Source: Candidatus Gugararchaeum adminiculabundum
GTDB taxonomy: Archaea; Micrarchaeota; Micrarchaeia; Burarchaeales; Gugararchaeaceae
Length of the DNA: 64,000 nucleotides
NCBI GenBank assembly: GCA_902384795.1
Contig: CABMDC010000001.1
Location: 79,429-143,428 of the forward strand
Direction: 5' to 3'
The position numbers were made by a program, and so were the translations under genes. Below the pieces are notes generated by a model. That model was given only the letters and a program-made list of their open reading frames with translations. It was not told where the DNA came from and ran no database searches. This document shows positions 9,810-19,755 of the stretch, piece by piece (position 1 is the stretch's first letter; each line of letters starts with the position of its first letter).

Positions 9810-10204
9810 AAGGACTTCCGACAAACGTAACCAAGGGTTTGACAACCAGCTCACGATTGGTGTGCGATGACAACAGCGGCGCAAAGCTGCTCATGATTAT
9901 CGGGGCAATCGGAACCAAGGGAAAGCTCGCCAGAAACCCAAGCGTTGGAGTCGGCGACATTGTGATCGTTTCAGTGAAAAAAGGAGACCCAAAAATCAGG
10001 AAGAAAGTGGAACGCGCCGTTATCACAAGGCAGCGAAAAGAATTCAGGCGCGCGAACGGAGTGCGCATCATGTTCGAGGACAATGCAGGTGTTTTGGTTG
10101 ATGACCAGAACCTGCCCAAGGGAACGGAAATCAAGGGCGCAATCGCCCGCGAGGTTGCGGAAAGATACCCTAAGGTCGCGGCTATCGCAGCAGCAGTAAT
10201 ATAG
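9806..10204 (+). CDS. rpl14: 50S ribosomal protein L14 (uL14)
   Basis: SRLVCDDNSGAK...GDIVIVSVKKG. Overlaps the rps17 stop by 4 nt. Confidence 0.93.
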   Translation: MKGLPTNVTKGLTTSSRLVCDDNSGAKLLMIIGAIGTKGKLARNPSVGVGDIVIVSVKKGDPKIRKKVERAVITRQRKEFRRANGVRIMFEDNAGVLVDDQNLPKGTEIKGAIAREVAERYPKVAAIAAAVI

Positions 10205-10213
10205 ATGATGTTT

Positions 10214-10585
10214 ATGGCAATGACAAAAACAAGGAAGAAAAGGCAACAGCACAAGTACCGTGCGCAGGCAGGCCTGCATCTCAAGCAGAGGTTCGTGCAC
10301 TGCCACCTGTCCAAGGAATTGCGCGCCAAGCTCGCGACCAAGAAGCGGGCGGTGCAGCTGCGCAAGGGCGACAAGGTGAAGGTTCTTGTGGGCGAGAAAA
10401 AGGGCACAACCGGAAAAGTGAGCGAGGTTGACCTGAACAATTCAAAGGTTTACATTGAAGGAATCACATCCAAGAAGGCAAAGGGAAACGAGGTCCTTGC
10501 GCCGGTTGACCCGAGCAACCTGGAAATAATCGAGGGGGATTTCTCGGACGCGGACAGGAAGAGGGTGCTTGAAAGAAGCAAGTAG
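10214..10585 (+). CDS. rpl24: 50S ribosomal protein L24 (uL24)
   Basis: KOW motif (LRKGDKVKVLVGEKKGTTGKVSEVD). ATG 10214 follows GATGATGTTTATG. Confidence 0.9.
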   Translation: MAMTKTRKKRQQHKYRAQAGLHLKQRFVHCHLSKELRAKLATKKRAVQLRKGDKVKVLVGEKKGTTGKVSEVDLNNSKVYIEGITSKKAKGNEVLAPVDPSNLEIIEGDFSDADRKRVLERSK

Positions 10586-10605
10586 AAATTTCGTTGGTGA
10601 AGCTT

Positions 10606-11331
10606 ATGGCAAGAAAAGGAAGATCAAATCATCTGGCTCTTTTGAGCTCGCCCGTTGCGTGGAATCTGCCGCGCAAGGGAAGGATGTGGGCCCAGAAGCC
10701 GGTCCCAGGGCCGCACGGGCTAGAGGACTCCATTCCGCTCACAGTGCTGCTGCGCGATGTGCTCAAATACGTCGAGTCGGCGCACGAGGCAAAGAAAGTT
10801 TTGCAAAAGGGATTGCTCGTTGACGGGAGAAAAATCACGGACCTGCGCTTCCCCATCGGATTGATGGACGTTCTTTCCATTCCTTCGGAAGGCAAATCCT
10901 ACAGGATCCTGATTGATTCCAAGGGAAGGTTGATGCCCGTTGAAATCAGCGAAAAGGATGCCAAGGTGAAACTCTGCAAAGTAAAAAAGAAAGTGACCAT
11001 CGCAGGCAAGAAAATCCAGATCGGCCTGCATGATGGCAGGACATTCCTCGGTGACAATCATTACAAGGTCGGTGACAGCGTGAAGTTCGATTTGCACGCG
11101 AAAAAAGTTTCCGAGAAACTCGAGCTCAAGAACGGCGCAAGATGCCTGGTGACCCAGGGAAGGCACGCCGGCAAGGTTGCCAAGCTCGAGGAAATCATCG
11201 AGAGGGCCGGAAGCATGGACGCGCAGGTGCGCATGAAGTCCAAGCACGCCGAGTTCACAACGCTCAAGAATTATGTGTTTGTGATTGATGATTCGATAAA
11301 GGAGCACGAAAGCAAGGAAGAGGGAAAATAA
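10606..11331 (+). CDS. rps4e: 30S ribosomal protein S4e
   Basis: Archaea/eukaryote-specific S4e (RKGRSNHLALLS...PLTVLLRDVLKYV...). Confidence 0.9.
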   Translation: MARKGRSNHLALLSSPVAWNLPRKGRMWAQKPVPGPHGLEDSIPLTVLLRDVLKYVESAHEAKKVLQKGLLVDGRKITDLRFPIGLMDVLSIPSEGKSYRILIDSKGRLMPVEISEKDAKVKLCKVKKKVTIAGKKIQIGLHDGRTFLGDNHYKVGDSVKFDLHAKKVSEKLELKNGARCLVTQGRHAGKVAKLEEIIERAGSMDAQVRMKSKHAEFTTLKNYVFVIDDSIKEHESKEEGK

Positions 11332-11359
11332 ATTTTGAAATTATATTTCGGTGAATTAA

Positions 11360-11869
11360 ATGGCAGGACCCATGAACGAAATCATTGTAGAAAAAGTCAC
11401 AGTCAACGTCGGCGTTGGCGAGTCGGGGCAGAAGCTGGAAAGCATCCGCACCCTGATCGGCACCATGACCGGCGCAAAGACAGTGGCAACAATATGCAAA
11501 GTCCGCAACCCTGTCTGGTCCATCAAGCTGGGAGACAAAATCGGCGTGAAATCCACGCTGAGGAAAACCCAGGCGCTGGAATTCCTGAAGAAGGCATTGC
11601 ATGCCAAGGACAACAGGGTGAGCGAAAGGAGCTTTGACAAGAAGGGCAACTTTTCGTTTGGCGTTCCCGAGTACATCGATTTCCCAGGAGTGAAATACGA
11701 TGCAAAAATCGGAATCATCGGCTTTGACGTGTGCGTGACACTCGCAAAGAAAGGAAACAGGATAACCAAGAGGAAGCGCGCAGCGGCAATTTTGGGAACC
11801 CGCGCCCGCGTGACCACCGAAGAGGGAATCGAGTTTGCAAAAAGCAAGCTGGGAATTGAAGTTTATTAG
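11360..11869 (+). CDS. rpl5: 50S ribosomal protein L5 (uL5)
   Basis: NEIIVEKVTVNVGVGESG...GIIGFDVCVTL. Confidence 0.92.
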   Translation: MAGPMNEIIVEKVTVNVGVGESGQKLESIRTLIGTMTGAKTVATICKVRNPVWSIKLGDKIGVKSTLRKTQALEFLKKALHAKDNRVSERSFDKKGNFSFGVPEYIDFPGVKYDAKIGIIGFDVCVTLAKKGNRITKRKRAAAILGTRARVTTEEGIEFAKSKLGIEVY

Positions 11870-11910
11870 AAATCAAAATGAATTGAAATGAAATTTGAAA
11901 GATGGTTTGA

Positions 11911-12099
11911 ATGGAACAAAAAGAAAAAAAGAAACTGAACCCGATTGAGCGCGAACTCATGCACAAGTTCAAGGGAAAGAACGCACGCAAGTGCAGGTTC
12001 TGCGGAACTGCCCGCGGATTAATCCGCAAGTACAAGCTGCAGATTTGCAGGCGGTGCTTCCGCGAGGTTGGCGAGAAAATCGGATTCAGGAAATATTAG
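11911..12099 (+). CDS. rps14: 30S ribosomal protein S14 type Z (zinc-binding, uS14)
   Basis: 62 aa with CRFCG...CRRC zinc ribbon. Confidence 0.92.
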   Translation: MEQKEKKKLNPIERELMHKFKGKNARKCRFCGTARGLIRKYKLQICRRCFREVGEKIGFRKY

Positions 12100-12107
12100 G
12101 TGAACCC

Positions 12108-12497
12108 ATGGCAAATGATCCTCTAAGCGACGCAATGAACGTAATCAAGACGCACGAAATGGCTGGCAGGGAGCAGTGCATAGTCAAGCCCGCGAGCAAA
12201 GTGATAATGCGCGTGCTGGAAATTTTCAAGGAGCGCGGCTACATTTCCGGATTCGAGTTCAACGACAACGGAAAGAGCGGCTCGATCACAGTCAAGCTTC
12301 TGGGAAGAATCAACAAGTGCGGAACCATCAAGCCCCGCTTCGCCATCGGCTATGCGGAATGGGCCAAATGGGAGCAGAGATACATCCCCGGAAAGGGCTT
12401 CGGAGTAATTATAGTGAGCACGCCCCAGGGCATGACCACCAACGAGGACGCCCAGAAGAAGAAAATCGGAGGAAGGCTGATTGCCTATGTCTATTAG
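12108..12497 (+). CDS. rps8: 30S ribosomal protein S8 (uS8)
   Basis: MANDPLSDAMNVIKTHEMAGR...IIVSTPQGMTTNEDAQKKKIGGRLIAYVY. SD GGTGAACCCATG. Confidence 0.92.
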   Translation: MANDPLSDAMNVIKTHEMAGREQCIVKPASKVIMRVLEIFKERGYISGFEFNDNGKSGSITVKLLGRINKCGTIKPRFAIGYAEWAKWEQRYIPGKGFGVIIVSTPQGMTTNEDAQKKKIGGRLIAYVY

Positions 12498-12975
12498 CAT
12501 ACCTGAAGGAATCACAGTAACTGCCGATGCAGGCAAGGTTTCAGTCAAGGGACCCAAGGGCTCCCTGTCTGATTCGTTCAAGGACGTTTCGCTGAAAATC
12601 GAGGGAAAAGACGTCGTTGCGACCACCAAGGACCCGGTGATGGTCGGCACAGTGGAGGCGCATTTGCGCAACATGTTCATCGGAGTGACCCAGGGCTACA
12701 CGGTCAACATGAAAATAATCTACTCGCACTTTCCGCTCACGCTTGAAATAAAAGGAAAGGAAATCCTGATCAAGAATTTCGGCGGTGAAAAAATTCCGCG
12801 CAAATGCAAAATTGTCGGCGAGACAAAAGTGCAGGTCGCTGCGCAGAATGTCACGGTTACAGGAATCAGCAAATATGATGTGGGCCAGACAGTGGCAAAC
12901 CTGAGGCAGGCAACAAGGACAAAGAAAAAGGACTCAAGGGTTTTCCAGGACGGCGTTTACATCAGCGAAGAGTAA
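12487..12975 (+). CDS. rpl6: 50S ribosomal protein L6 (uL6)
   Basis: IPEGITVTADAGKVSVKGPKGSL... Confidence 0.92.
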   Translation: MSISIPEGITVTADAGKVSVKGPKGSLSDSFKDVSLKIEGKDVVATTKDPVMVGTVEAHLRNMFIGVTQGYTVNMKIIYSHFPLTLEIKGKEILIKNFGGEKIPRKCKIVGETKVQVAAQNVTVTGISKYDVGQTVANLRQATRTKKKDSRVFQDGVYISEE

Positions 12976-13023
12976 GTGAAATGGCAAGTTGAATGAATCA
13001 AATGAAAATTCGGTGAAATATTT

Positions 13024-13401
13024 ATGGCAAAAGAACAGGCAAAAACGCAGGCAGTCAAGCGCGCCAAAAAGAAATGGCACCCGAAGTTCGCAAGAATGAA
13101 CCTCGGAAGGAGCTCGCGCTCAAGAGTGGGCGAGAGCTGGAGAAGGCCGCGCGGCATTGACAACAAGCAGAAGCGCAGATGCGCCTATGTGCCAAGCCGC
13201 CCGCGCATCGGCTACGGGAACCCGAAGGAAATCAAGCACCTGCACCCCTGCGGATTGCACGAGGCATTGGTTGAAAATCCCGGACAGGTTGCCAAGCTCC
13301 AGGGCGTTGTTGTAAGAATCGCCTCCGGAGTCGGCGGAAAAAAGAGAAAAGTGATCATCGACGCATGCGTGAAGAAAAACCTCCGCGTGCTGAACGCGTA
13401 G
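13024..13401 (+). CDS. rpl32e: 50S ribosomal protein L32e
   Basis: Archaea/eukaryote-specific L32e (KKWHPKFARMNLGRSS...GYGNPKEIKHLHPCGLHEALV). Confidence 0.9.
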   Translation: MAKEQAKTQAVKRAKKKWHPKFARMNLGRSSRSRVGESWRRPRGIDNKQKRRCAYVPSRPRIGYGNPKEIKHLHPCGLHEALVENPGQVAKLQGVVVRIASGVGGKKRKVIIDACVKKNLRVLNA

Positions 13402-13440
13402 AATGATTGAAGATTCATTTGCATTTAGGAGATTGATGAA

Positions 13441-14118
13441 ATGTCATTGACAACCGTAAAAAGAATCGCATCCGATTTGCTCGGAATCGGCGAGAGCAGG
13501 ATTAGGATTTCGCCAGAACCTGAGCAGACCAAGCGCGCAGCCGAGGCGCTCACGCGCGACGACATCCGCGGGCTCATAGACGAGGGAATCGTTTACACCC
13601 TTCCGACCCAGGGAGTTTCCCGAGGGCGCGCAAGGCACAGGCACTTGCAGCAAAAGAAAGGAAGGCAGCGCGGGCATGGCACTCACAAGGGAGAGAAATA
13701 TTCCATTGTTTCCAAGAAGCAGCACTGGATGCAGAAGGTCCGCTCCCAGAGAAGCATCCTTTTCAGGCTCAAGGAGCAGGGGCTTCTTGCGGACGGAATT
13801 TACAGGATTGCATACCTGATGATCAAGGGCGCGGCATTCAAGTCCAAGGGCGCAATGCTCGTGCACTTCAAGGAAAAGAAATGGCTGACACGGGACATTA
13901 CCGCGGCTGAAATACAGAATCCGCTTGCAGCAGAGCACGCAGCGAAAAAGGCAAAGCTGGAAAAGCCAAGGAACCCTGCGAAGCCGAAGCAGACGGCGAA
14001 AAAGCCGAAAGAGGCCGGCGCGAAAAAAGAGCACGCGCACGTGAAAAAAGAGGCCGAAGAGGAAAAGAAGCACGCCAAGAAAGACGAGGCAAAGCACGAG
14101 GAAAAACATAAGAAGTGA
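13441..14118 (+). CDS. rpl19e: 50S ribosomal protein L19e with a Lys-rich C-terminal tail
   Basis: N-terminal L19e core (KRIASDLLGIGESRIRISPE...). The C-terminus KKAKLEKPRNPAKPKQTAKKPKEAGAKKEHAHVKKEAEEEKKHAKKDEAKHEEKHKK is low complexity. Confidence 0.9.
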   Translation: MSLTTVKRIASDLLGIGESRIRISPEPEQTKRAAEALTRDDIRGLIDEGIVYTLPTQGVSRGRARHRHLQQKKGRQRGHGTHKGEKYSIVSKKQHWMQKVRSQRSILFRLKEQGLLADGIYRIAYLMIKGAAFKSKGAMLVHFKEKKWLTRDITAAEIQNPLAAEHAAKKAKLEKPRNPAKPKQTAKKPKEAGAKKEHAHVKKEAEEEKKHAKKDEAKHEEKHKK

Positions 14119-14123
14119 TGATT

Positions 14124-14621
14124 ATGGGCAGAGCACGAGGACCAACTTACAGTGTAAAATTCCGCAGAAGGAGGGAGAGCCTTACCAATTACAGCAAGAG
14201 GCTCGCGCTAGTGCAATCTGAGACTCCAAGGCTGGTTGTGAGAAAGAGCAACCGCGGAGTGCGCGTTCAATTCATCGAGTACGATGCGCCTGGCGACAAG
14301 ACCATCGCAGCAGCCGATTCCAAGGCATTGGTAAAAATGGGCTGGCCTGCGAAGTGCAACTCGCCAACGGCATACTTGACCGCAATGCTCGCAGCAGTGC
14401 GCGCAAAGAAAAAAGGAATCAGCAAATTCGTGCTTGACATCGGCCTCAACTCCCCGAGCAAGGGCTCGGTGGTTTTCGCGGCACTGAAGGGCGCGCTGGA
14501 CGCTGGGCTTCAGGCAAATGCCGGCGAAGGGCTGTTTGACGAGAAAAGAATCAGGGGCGAGCACCTGAAGACAGACGCTGCATTGTTTGACAAGACAAAG
14601 GCGCACGTGCTCAAGCAGTAA
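14124..14621 (+). CDS. rpl18: 50S ribosomal protein L18 (uL18)
   Basis: GPTYSVKFRRRRESLTNYSKRLALV...PRLVVRKSNR. ATG follows GTGATGATTATG. Confidence 0.9.
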   Translation: MGRARGPTYSVKFRRRRESLTNYSKRLALVQSETPRLVVRKSNRGVRVQFIEYDAPGDKTIAAADSKALVKMGWPAKCNSPTAYLTAMLAAVRAKKKGISKFVLDIGLNSPSKGSVVFAALKGALDAGLQANAGEGLFDEKRIRGEHLKTDAALFDKTKAHVLKQ

Positions 14622-14681
14622 TGAAATTTGAATTTAATAAAAATTGACGAAACGAATGAAATGAATTTAACGGTGATTTGA

Positions 14682-15326
14682 TTGGAAGGAATGGATGACG
14701 AAGCTGAATGGATCCCGAAAACCGAAGTCGGCGCAAAAGTGAAGAGCAAGGAAATAATTTCGCTCAGGGAAATTCTTGAGCAGGGAAAGCCGATTCTCGA
14801 GTACCAGATAGTGGACTTCCTGCTTCCGGAACTCAAGGAAGAGGTCCTTGGGATTTCATCCACCCAGAGAATGACCGCGAACGGAAGGAAAATGCAGTAC
14901 CGCGCAATCGTGGTTATCGGCGACACGCACGGCTATGTCGGGTTCGCTTCAGGAAAAGCGGACGAGGCAAGGCCTGCGATTGAAACCGCATTGAGGAACG
15001 CGAAGAAGGCCATCGCCTACATCCCGTTCGGCTGCGGCTCCTGGGAATGCGGCTGCGGCGCGCCCCACAGCATCCCGATTAAATTGGAAGGAAAAAGCGG
15101 AAGTGTAAAAGTCACGCTCAAGCCGGCACCACGTGGAGTCGGCATCGCAGGGAACGACATTGTGAAAAAAGTTCTCGGCCTCGCAGGAGTGAAGGATGTG
15201 TGGAGCCAGTGCAGGGGAAAAACAGCCACAGTTTACAATAACACGCGCGCGACTTTCAATGCGCTCAATTCGCTCAATAGGATGAGATACCACGGCGAAT
15301 TCGGGGCAAAGAAGGAAAGCGTTTGA
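14682..15326 (+). CDS. rps5: 30S ribosomal protein S5 (uS5)
   Basis: AIVVIGDTHGYVGFASGKA...CGSWECGCGAPHSIPIKL...GVKDVW. Confidence 0.93.
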   Translation: MEGMDDEAEWIPKTEVGAKVKSKEIISLREILEQGKPILEYQIVDFLLPELKEEVLGISSTQRMTANGRKMQYRAIVVIGDTHGYVGFASGKADEARPAIETALRNAKKAIAYIPFGCGSWECGCGAPHSIPIKLEGKSGSVKVTLKPAPRGVGIAGNDIVKKVLGLAGVKDVWSQCRGKTATVYNNTRATFNALNSLNRMRYHGEFGAKKESV

Positions 15327-15336
15327 GGAGATTTGA

Positions 15337-15765
15337 ATGAAGTTATTTGCAATTGTACGGGTAAGGGGGCCGGTAAAGGTCAACTACGAAATCAATGACA
15401 CGCTCGAAATGCTGCGCATCACCAGAGTCAATCATGCGACGCTGGTTGATGACAGGCCGCAATATCTGGGAATGCTCCAGAAGGTCAAGGACTATGTCGC
15501 ATTCGGAGAAATTTCCAAGGAAACGCTCGTAAAACTTCTCACCAAGCGCGGAGTGATCGTTGGCGAGCAGCCGGTGAAAAATCCCAAAGACCTTGCTGAA
15601 AAATTATTCAGCGGCCAGGTGAAGCTGAACGACCCGAGCTTTGAAAATGTTTTCCGGCTCAGGCCTCCAAGCCAGGGCTACAAGTCCACGAAATCCTCGC
15701 AGCCATTCGGCCAGCTCGGTGACATCGGTGCAGACATCAATGACCTGCTTTCAAGAATGCTGTAG
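15337..15765 (+). CDS. rpl30: 50S ribosomal protein L30 (uL30)
   Basis: Archaeal long L30 (FAIVRVRGPVKVNYEINDTLEMLRITRVNHATLV). Confidence 0.9.
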   Translation: MKLFAIVRVRGPVKVNYEINDTLEMLRITRVNHATLVDDRPQYLGMLQKVKDYVAFGEISKETLVKLLTKRGVIVGEQPVKNPKDLAEKLFSGQVKLNDPSFENVFRLRPPSQGYKSTKSSQPFGQLGDIGADINDLLSRML

Positions 15766-15844
15766 AAAATTATTGAGAAAATTAAAATGAAAAAATAAGA
15801 ATGAAAAAAATGAAAATGAAATTTATGATTGATTGGTGAAGCCT

Positions 15845-16468
15845 ATGACCAGACGATTCAAAAGAGCGCACAGGAAAAGACTCGGACGCGGAAGGGTCCA
15901 CGGAAGAGGCAATGCCAAGCACGGAAGAGGAGGCGGAGAGCGCGGAGGAGTAGGTCTCGGAGGAGGCCAGAAGCAGAGATGGACATGGATGATCCGCTAC
16001 ATGCCGGGCCACTTCGGTGTGCATGGATTCCAGCCCCCGCAGAACAATGATGTTGCTACCACTAATTTGTATGATATAGACCAGCTGGCTCTTGCAGGAA
16101 AGCTCAAGAAAGAGGGCGACAAGCTCCTGTTTGAATTCAAGGGCAAGGTGCTCGGAACAGGCGCACTGCATTTCCCGATTGCGGCAACCGCGGACAGCTT
16201 TTCCAAGCATGCGATTGAGAAAATCCAGAAGGCAGGGGGAAGCGCAACAGCAACCAAGCCTCCTAAAATGAAAAAGGAAAAGCCAGCGCCCGGAGCAAAA
16301 CCAGCACAGGCACAAGCACCGAAGCAATCCGCGCCAAAGCCAGCGCAAACAGCAAAACCCGCTGCCCCCGTTCAAGCGCCAAAGCCGTCACAGGCTCAGA
16401 AACCAGCAGCACCCGCGCACACTCACGCTCCAAAGCCAGCTCCTGCGCAGGCCCCGAAGAAAGAATAA
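15845..16468 (+). CDS. rpl15: 50S ribosomal protein L15 (uL15) with a roughly 70-aa Pro/Ala/Lys/Gln-rich C-terminal tail
   Basis: Gly/Arg-rich N-terminus and L15 core. The tail APGAKPAQAQAPKQSAPKPAQTAKPAAPVQAPKPSQAQKPAAPAHTHAPKPAPAQAPKKE is unusual. ATG follows GGTGAAGCCTATG. Confidence 0.88.
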   Translation: MTRRFKRAHRKRLGRGRVHGRGNAKHGRGGGERGGVGLGGGQKQRWTWMIRYMPGHFGVHGFQPPQNNDVATTNLYDIDQLALAGKLKKEGDKLLFEFKGKVLGTGALHFPIAATADSFSKHAIEKIQKAGGSATATKPPKMKKEKPAPGAKPAQAQAPKQSAPKPAQTAKPAAPVQAPKPSQAQKPAAPAHTHAPKPAPAQAPKKE

Positions 16469-16555
16469 TTCCCGTCGTTTGCGCCAAACTTAAAAACACT
16501 CTTTAAATAGTTTGCTAACTGAATATTTCGCAAACAGCCATCCACTGGTTTTACT

Positions 16556-18019
16556 ATGAAACTTGACGCACTCAGGCCCATTGTCTCGCTTTTGCCAGAA
16601 GTAAAGGCGCCAAAACAGGCCCCTTCAATAATGCAAAAGCTCCAGTGGACAACAATCGCGCTCATCATCTTCTTTGTGATGTACCACATCTTCCCCATTG
16701 GGGTGGTGCAGAAAGTGGGCGGAGAATTCGAATTCCTGCAGGTCATCACGGCAAGCAGGATCGGCTCATTAATCACTACCGGTATCGGCCCGATAATTCT
16801 CGCATCAATTTTCCTCCAGCTTTTCAAGGGCGCGAAAATAATCGACATCGACCTCCACGACCCCGAGGGAAAGGCGCTTTTCCAGGGAACGCAGAAGCTC
16901 CTTGCAATCCTTCTCTGTTTCTTTGAAGCAGGCATCTACATCATGACCGGAAGCATTCTCACCTATGGAATGGAGGGCTCTGGCTTTAATCCGCTCCTCG
17001 GAAGTTTCACCTTCACACAAATTTTAGTCATCACCCAGATCGCCCTTGGTTCCATCATCCTTATGTACCTGGACGAGGTGGTTTCCAAGTACGGAATCGG
17101 AAGCGGGATTAGTTTATTCATTGCAGCAGGAGTTTCGCTTTCAGTGGTTCTTGGGACAGTGCAGCTGATTGTGGGCCAGGGCGGAGTTATCTCCATGCTC
17201 ACCGGCTCGGGCGCAGGCGCAAGCGCGCTTTCGGACGCGCTCATAGTCATGCTCCCGGTTTTCTTCACCGCTGTTGTTTTCCTTATAGTCGTCTACGCAG
17301 AGGGGATTAAGGTTGAAATCCCGCTCGCGCTCGGCACAGCCCGCGGCTTCGGCGCGCGCTACCCGATCAAGTTCATGTATGTTTCCAATATCCCGGTGAT
17401 TCTTGCCAGCGCTCTTACGCTCAACATACAGATCATGGCGCGGGCCCTTGCAGGGAAAGTTTTCATGCTTGGCAATACAAACATCGTCCCGCTCATAGGA
17501 ATGGTGCGGACCGACGGCTACCTGACCGACGGGTTCCTTTATTTCGTCACTCCGATCCGCGCGAACCTGCTGACCATGCGCTCGCTCACGGCATACTTCG
17601 GATACCTCGGGACCCCTACTCCCGTGACCGGGCTTCCCGAGTGGTTCCACCTGCTCACCTACACAGTTTCACTCGTGATTTTGTGCGTGATTTTCGGAAA
17701 GTTCTGGATTGAGACAACGGGCATGGGCTCCAAGGATGTGGCAGAGCAATTGCAGCAGCAGGGATTGCAGATCCCCGGATACAGAAGGGACCCGCGCGTG
17801 ATTGAAGGCGTGCTTGACCGCTACATCCCGACCATCACAATCTTAGGAAGCATTTTCGTAGGACTGCTCGCGGCATTCGCGGACATTGCGGGCGCGCTGG
17901 GAACAGGCACGGGAATTCTGCTCACCGTCGGAATATTGCGCAAGATGTACGAAGACCTGGAGGCGCAGCAGATGTTTGACCTGCACCCGGGCCTGAAGAA
18001 TATCGTGGGCGGGGACTAG
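16556..18019 (+). CDS. secY: Preprotein translocase subunit SecY
   Basis: 487 aa with 10 TM segments, at the canonical position after L15. Confidence 0.95.
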   Translation: MKLDALRPIVSLLPEVKAPKQAPSIMQKLQWTTIALIIFFVMYHIFPIGVVQKVGGEFEFLQVITASRIGSLITTGIGPIILASIFLQLFKGAKIIDIDLHDPEGKALFQGTQKLLAILLCFFEAGIYIMTGSILTYGMEGSGFNPLLGSFTFTQILVITQIALGSIILMYLDEVVSKYGIGSGISLFIAAGVSLSVVLGTVQLIVGQGGVISMLTGSGAGASALSDALIVMLPVFFTAVVFLIVVYAEGIKVEIPLALGTARGFGARYPIKFMYVSNIPVILASALTLNIQIMARALAGKVFMLGNTNIVPLIGMVRTDGYLTDGFLYFVTPIRANLLTMRSLTAYFGYLGTPTPVTGLPEWFHLLTYTVSLVILCVIFGKFWIETTGMGSKDVAEQLQQQGLQIPGYRRDPRVIEGVLDRYIPTITILGSIFVGLLAAFADIAGALGTGTGILLTVGILRKMYEDLEAQQMFDLHPGLKNIVGGD

Positions 18020-18054
18020 TCGCATATTTAAAAGTAAACTGAAAAGGTGAACAT

Positions 18055-18600
18055 ATGATAATTGTAACCGGTTTGCCTGGCGCTGGAAAAAGCACTGTTC
18101 TCAATGGTGCGAGTTCCGGCTGGAAGATGCTGAATTACGGCGACCTGATGTTCGAAATCGCCCAGAAGGAAAAACTGGTTTCAGACCGCGACGAGATGCG
18201 CAAGCTGGCCGTGGACAAGCAGAAAAAAATCCAGGCAGCTGTCGCCAAATCGCTTTCCAAGGAGACAGGAAAAATAATCCTTGACACTCATGCCGCAATC
18301 AAAACCAAGCGCGGCTATTTGCCCGGCCTTCCATTTTCGCTTCTCAAGGACCTCAAGGTTGAGGGGCTGGTTTTCATCCAGGCTCCTGTTGAGCAGATCC
18401 TGCGCCGGCGCTCGGCCGACAAGTCGCGCGTGCGCGAGCTCGAGTCCCGCGAAGAAATCGAGGAGCATCTTTCCATTTGCAAGGCATACATTGCCGCCTA
18501 TTCTGCATTTTGCGGGGTGCCTGCAGTGATCATAAGCAACGAGGATAACGGGCTGGAAAAGGCAGTGCAGAAGCTCAGGGATTTCCTCGCAGGCGCGTGA
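18055..18600 (+). CDS. adkA: Archaeal-type adenylate kinase (AdkA)
   Basis: P-loop GLPGAGKST. Archaeal Adk length and position after secY. Confidence 0.85.
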   Translation: MIIVTGLPGAGKSTVLNGASSGWKMLNYGDLMFEIAQKEKLVSDRDEMRKLAVDKQKKIQAAVAKSLSKETGKIILDTHAAIKTKRGYLPGLPFSLLKDLKVEGLVFIQAPVEQILRRRSADKSRVRELESREEIEEHLSICKAYIAAYSAFCGVPAVIISNEDNGLEKAVQKLRDFLAGA

Positions 18601-18639
18601 ATAAAAGCGCAGAATTGCGCACAAACTTTTGGTGCATAA

Positions 18640-19140
18640 ATGGCTTACATGTTCGGAATGGATTACGAAGTTTTCGCTTTTTGCGCGGTAACGCTAGTGG
18701 CAATCCTCTACGCGATTTTCTCGCACTTCATCACCCTCAAGCTGGGCAACCGGCAGCGCGTGAAGGAAATCCAGGCGCGCGTTAACCAGATCACCAAGGA
18801 GGTGCAGGAGGCCAGCAAGCGCGGCGATTCCAAAACAGCGGAAAAACTGCAGGGCGAAATGTCCCCTCTTCTCATGGAATCAATGAAGCACCAGTTCAAG
18901 CCCCTGCTCGTGATTTTTCCGCTGCTGTTCATTTTACCCGGAATGCTCCGGAGCTACTTTCCGTTCTATTCGATAAAATTGGGCTTCGCGCTTCCCGTTT
19001 TCATACAGAATTTCGACCGCTTCCCCAACTGGCGCGATTTCTTCGGGCCGGTGGGCTGGTTCTGGGTGTTCGTCCTTTTCTTCTCGCTTTTCCTGCAGCT
19101 CGTCTTTTCCATGAAAGACAGGTTCGCCAAAAAGAAATAG
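18640..19140 (+). CDS. DUF106 membrane protein (archaeal YidC/Oxa1/EMC3-like insertase)
   Basis: 3 TM segments with an amphipathic coiled-coil loop (NRQRVKEIQARVNQITKEVQEASKRGD). Conserved secY-adk-DUF106-cmk order. Confidence 0.7.
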   Translation: MAYMFGMDYEVFAFCAVTLVAILYAIFSHFITLKLGNRQRVKEIQARVNQITKEVQEASKRGDSKTAEKLQGEMSPLLMESMKHQFKPLLVIFPLLFILPGMLRSYFPFYSIKLGFALPVFIQNFDRFPNWRDFFGPVGWFWVFVLFFSLFLQLVFSMKDRFAKKK

Positions 19141-19200
19141 GAATAAAAAGCAAATGCTCCCCAATGTTTAGCCCAACTTACAGCATGTGGTCGATGTTAT

Positions 19201-19722
19201 ATGATAATCTGCATTTCAGGATTGGCAGGAAGCGGCAAGTCAGCCATCGGAGACATAGTGGCGAAAAGGCTCGGGCTCAGGCACATTAATTTCACGTTCA
19301 AGGACATCGCCAAGCAGGAGGGGGTGGACCTGATGAAAATGCAGGACAACGCCCGCGCAGACAAGAAAATCGACCTTGACCTGGATGCGAAAATCGCCGA
19401 GGAGGCGCGCAAGGGCAACTGCGTTGTCACCACCTGGCTCGCGCCCTGGACAATAAAAAATGCCGATTTGAAAATCTGGCTGGACGCAACCCAGGAAGTG
19501 CGCGCAAAAAGGGTCGCGCCCCGCGACGGGATGACCTACGGCGGAGCGCTCAGCCACATAAAAAAGAGGGACGAGGACAATCACAGGCGCTACATTTCGC
19601 TCTACAAGATTGACATTTACGATCACAAGAATTTCGACCTGATTTTGGATACCAACAATCTTCCTCTTGACCGCGTTGCCGAGGAAATTATAAAACTCGC
19701 GAACACTAAAAAAAAGAAATAG
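19201..19722 (+). CDS. cmk: Cytidylate kinase
   Basis: P-loop ISGLAGSGKS. Archaeal Cmk length. Confidence 0.85.
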   Translation: MIICISGLAGSGKSAIGDIVAKRLGLRHINFTFKDIAKQEGVDLMKMQDNARADKKIDLDLDAKIAEEARKGNCVVTTWLAPWTIKNADLKIWLDATQEVRAKRVAPRDGMTYGGALSHIKKRDEDNHRRYISLYKIDIYDHKNFDLILDTNNLPLDRVAEEIIKLANTKKKK

Positions 19723-19755
19723 AACAGAAGTAAGCACCATAAGTAGTCGGTCTCT

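Noticed and set aside
9742-10440. 232-aa minus-strand ORF spanning rps17, rpl14 and rpl24
   Set aside because: Antisense to three conserved genes. Cys/Arg/Phe-rich garbage composition.
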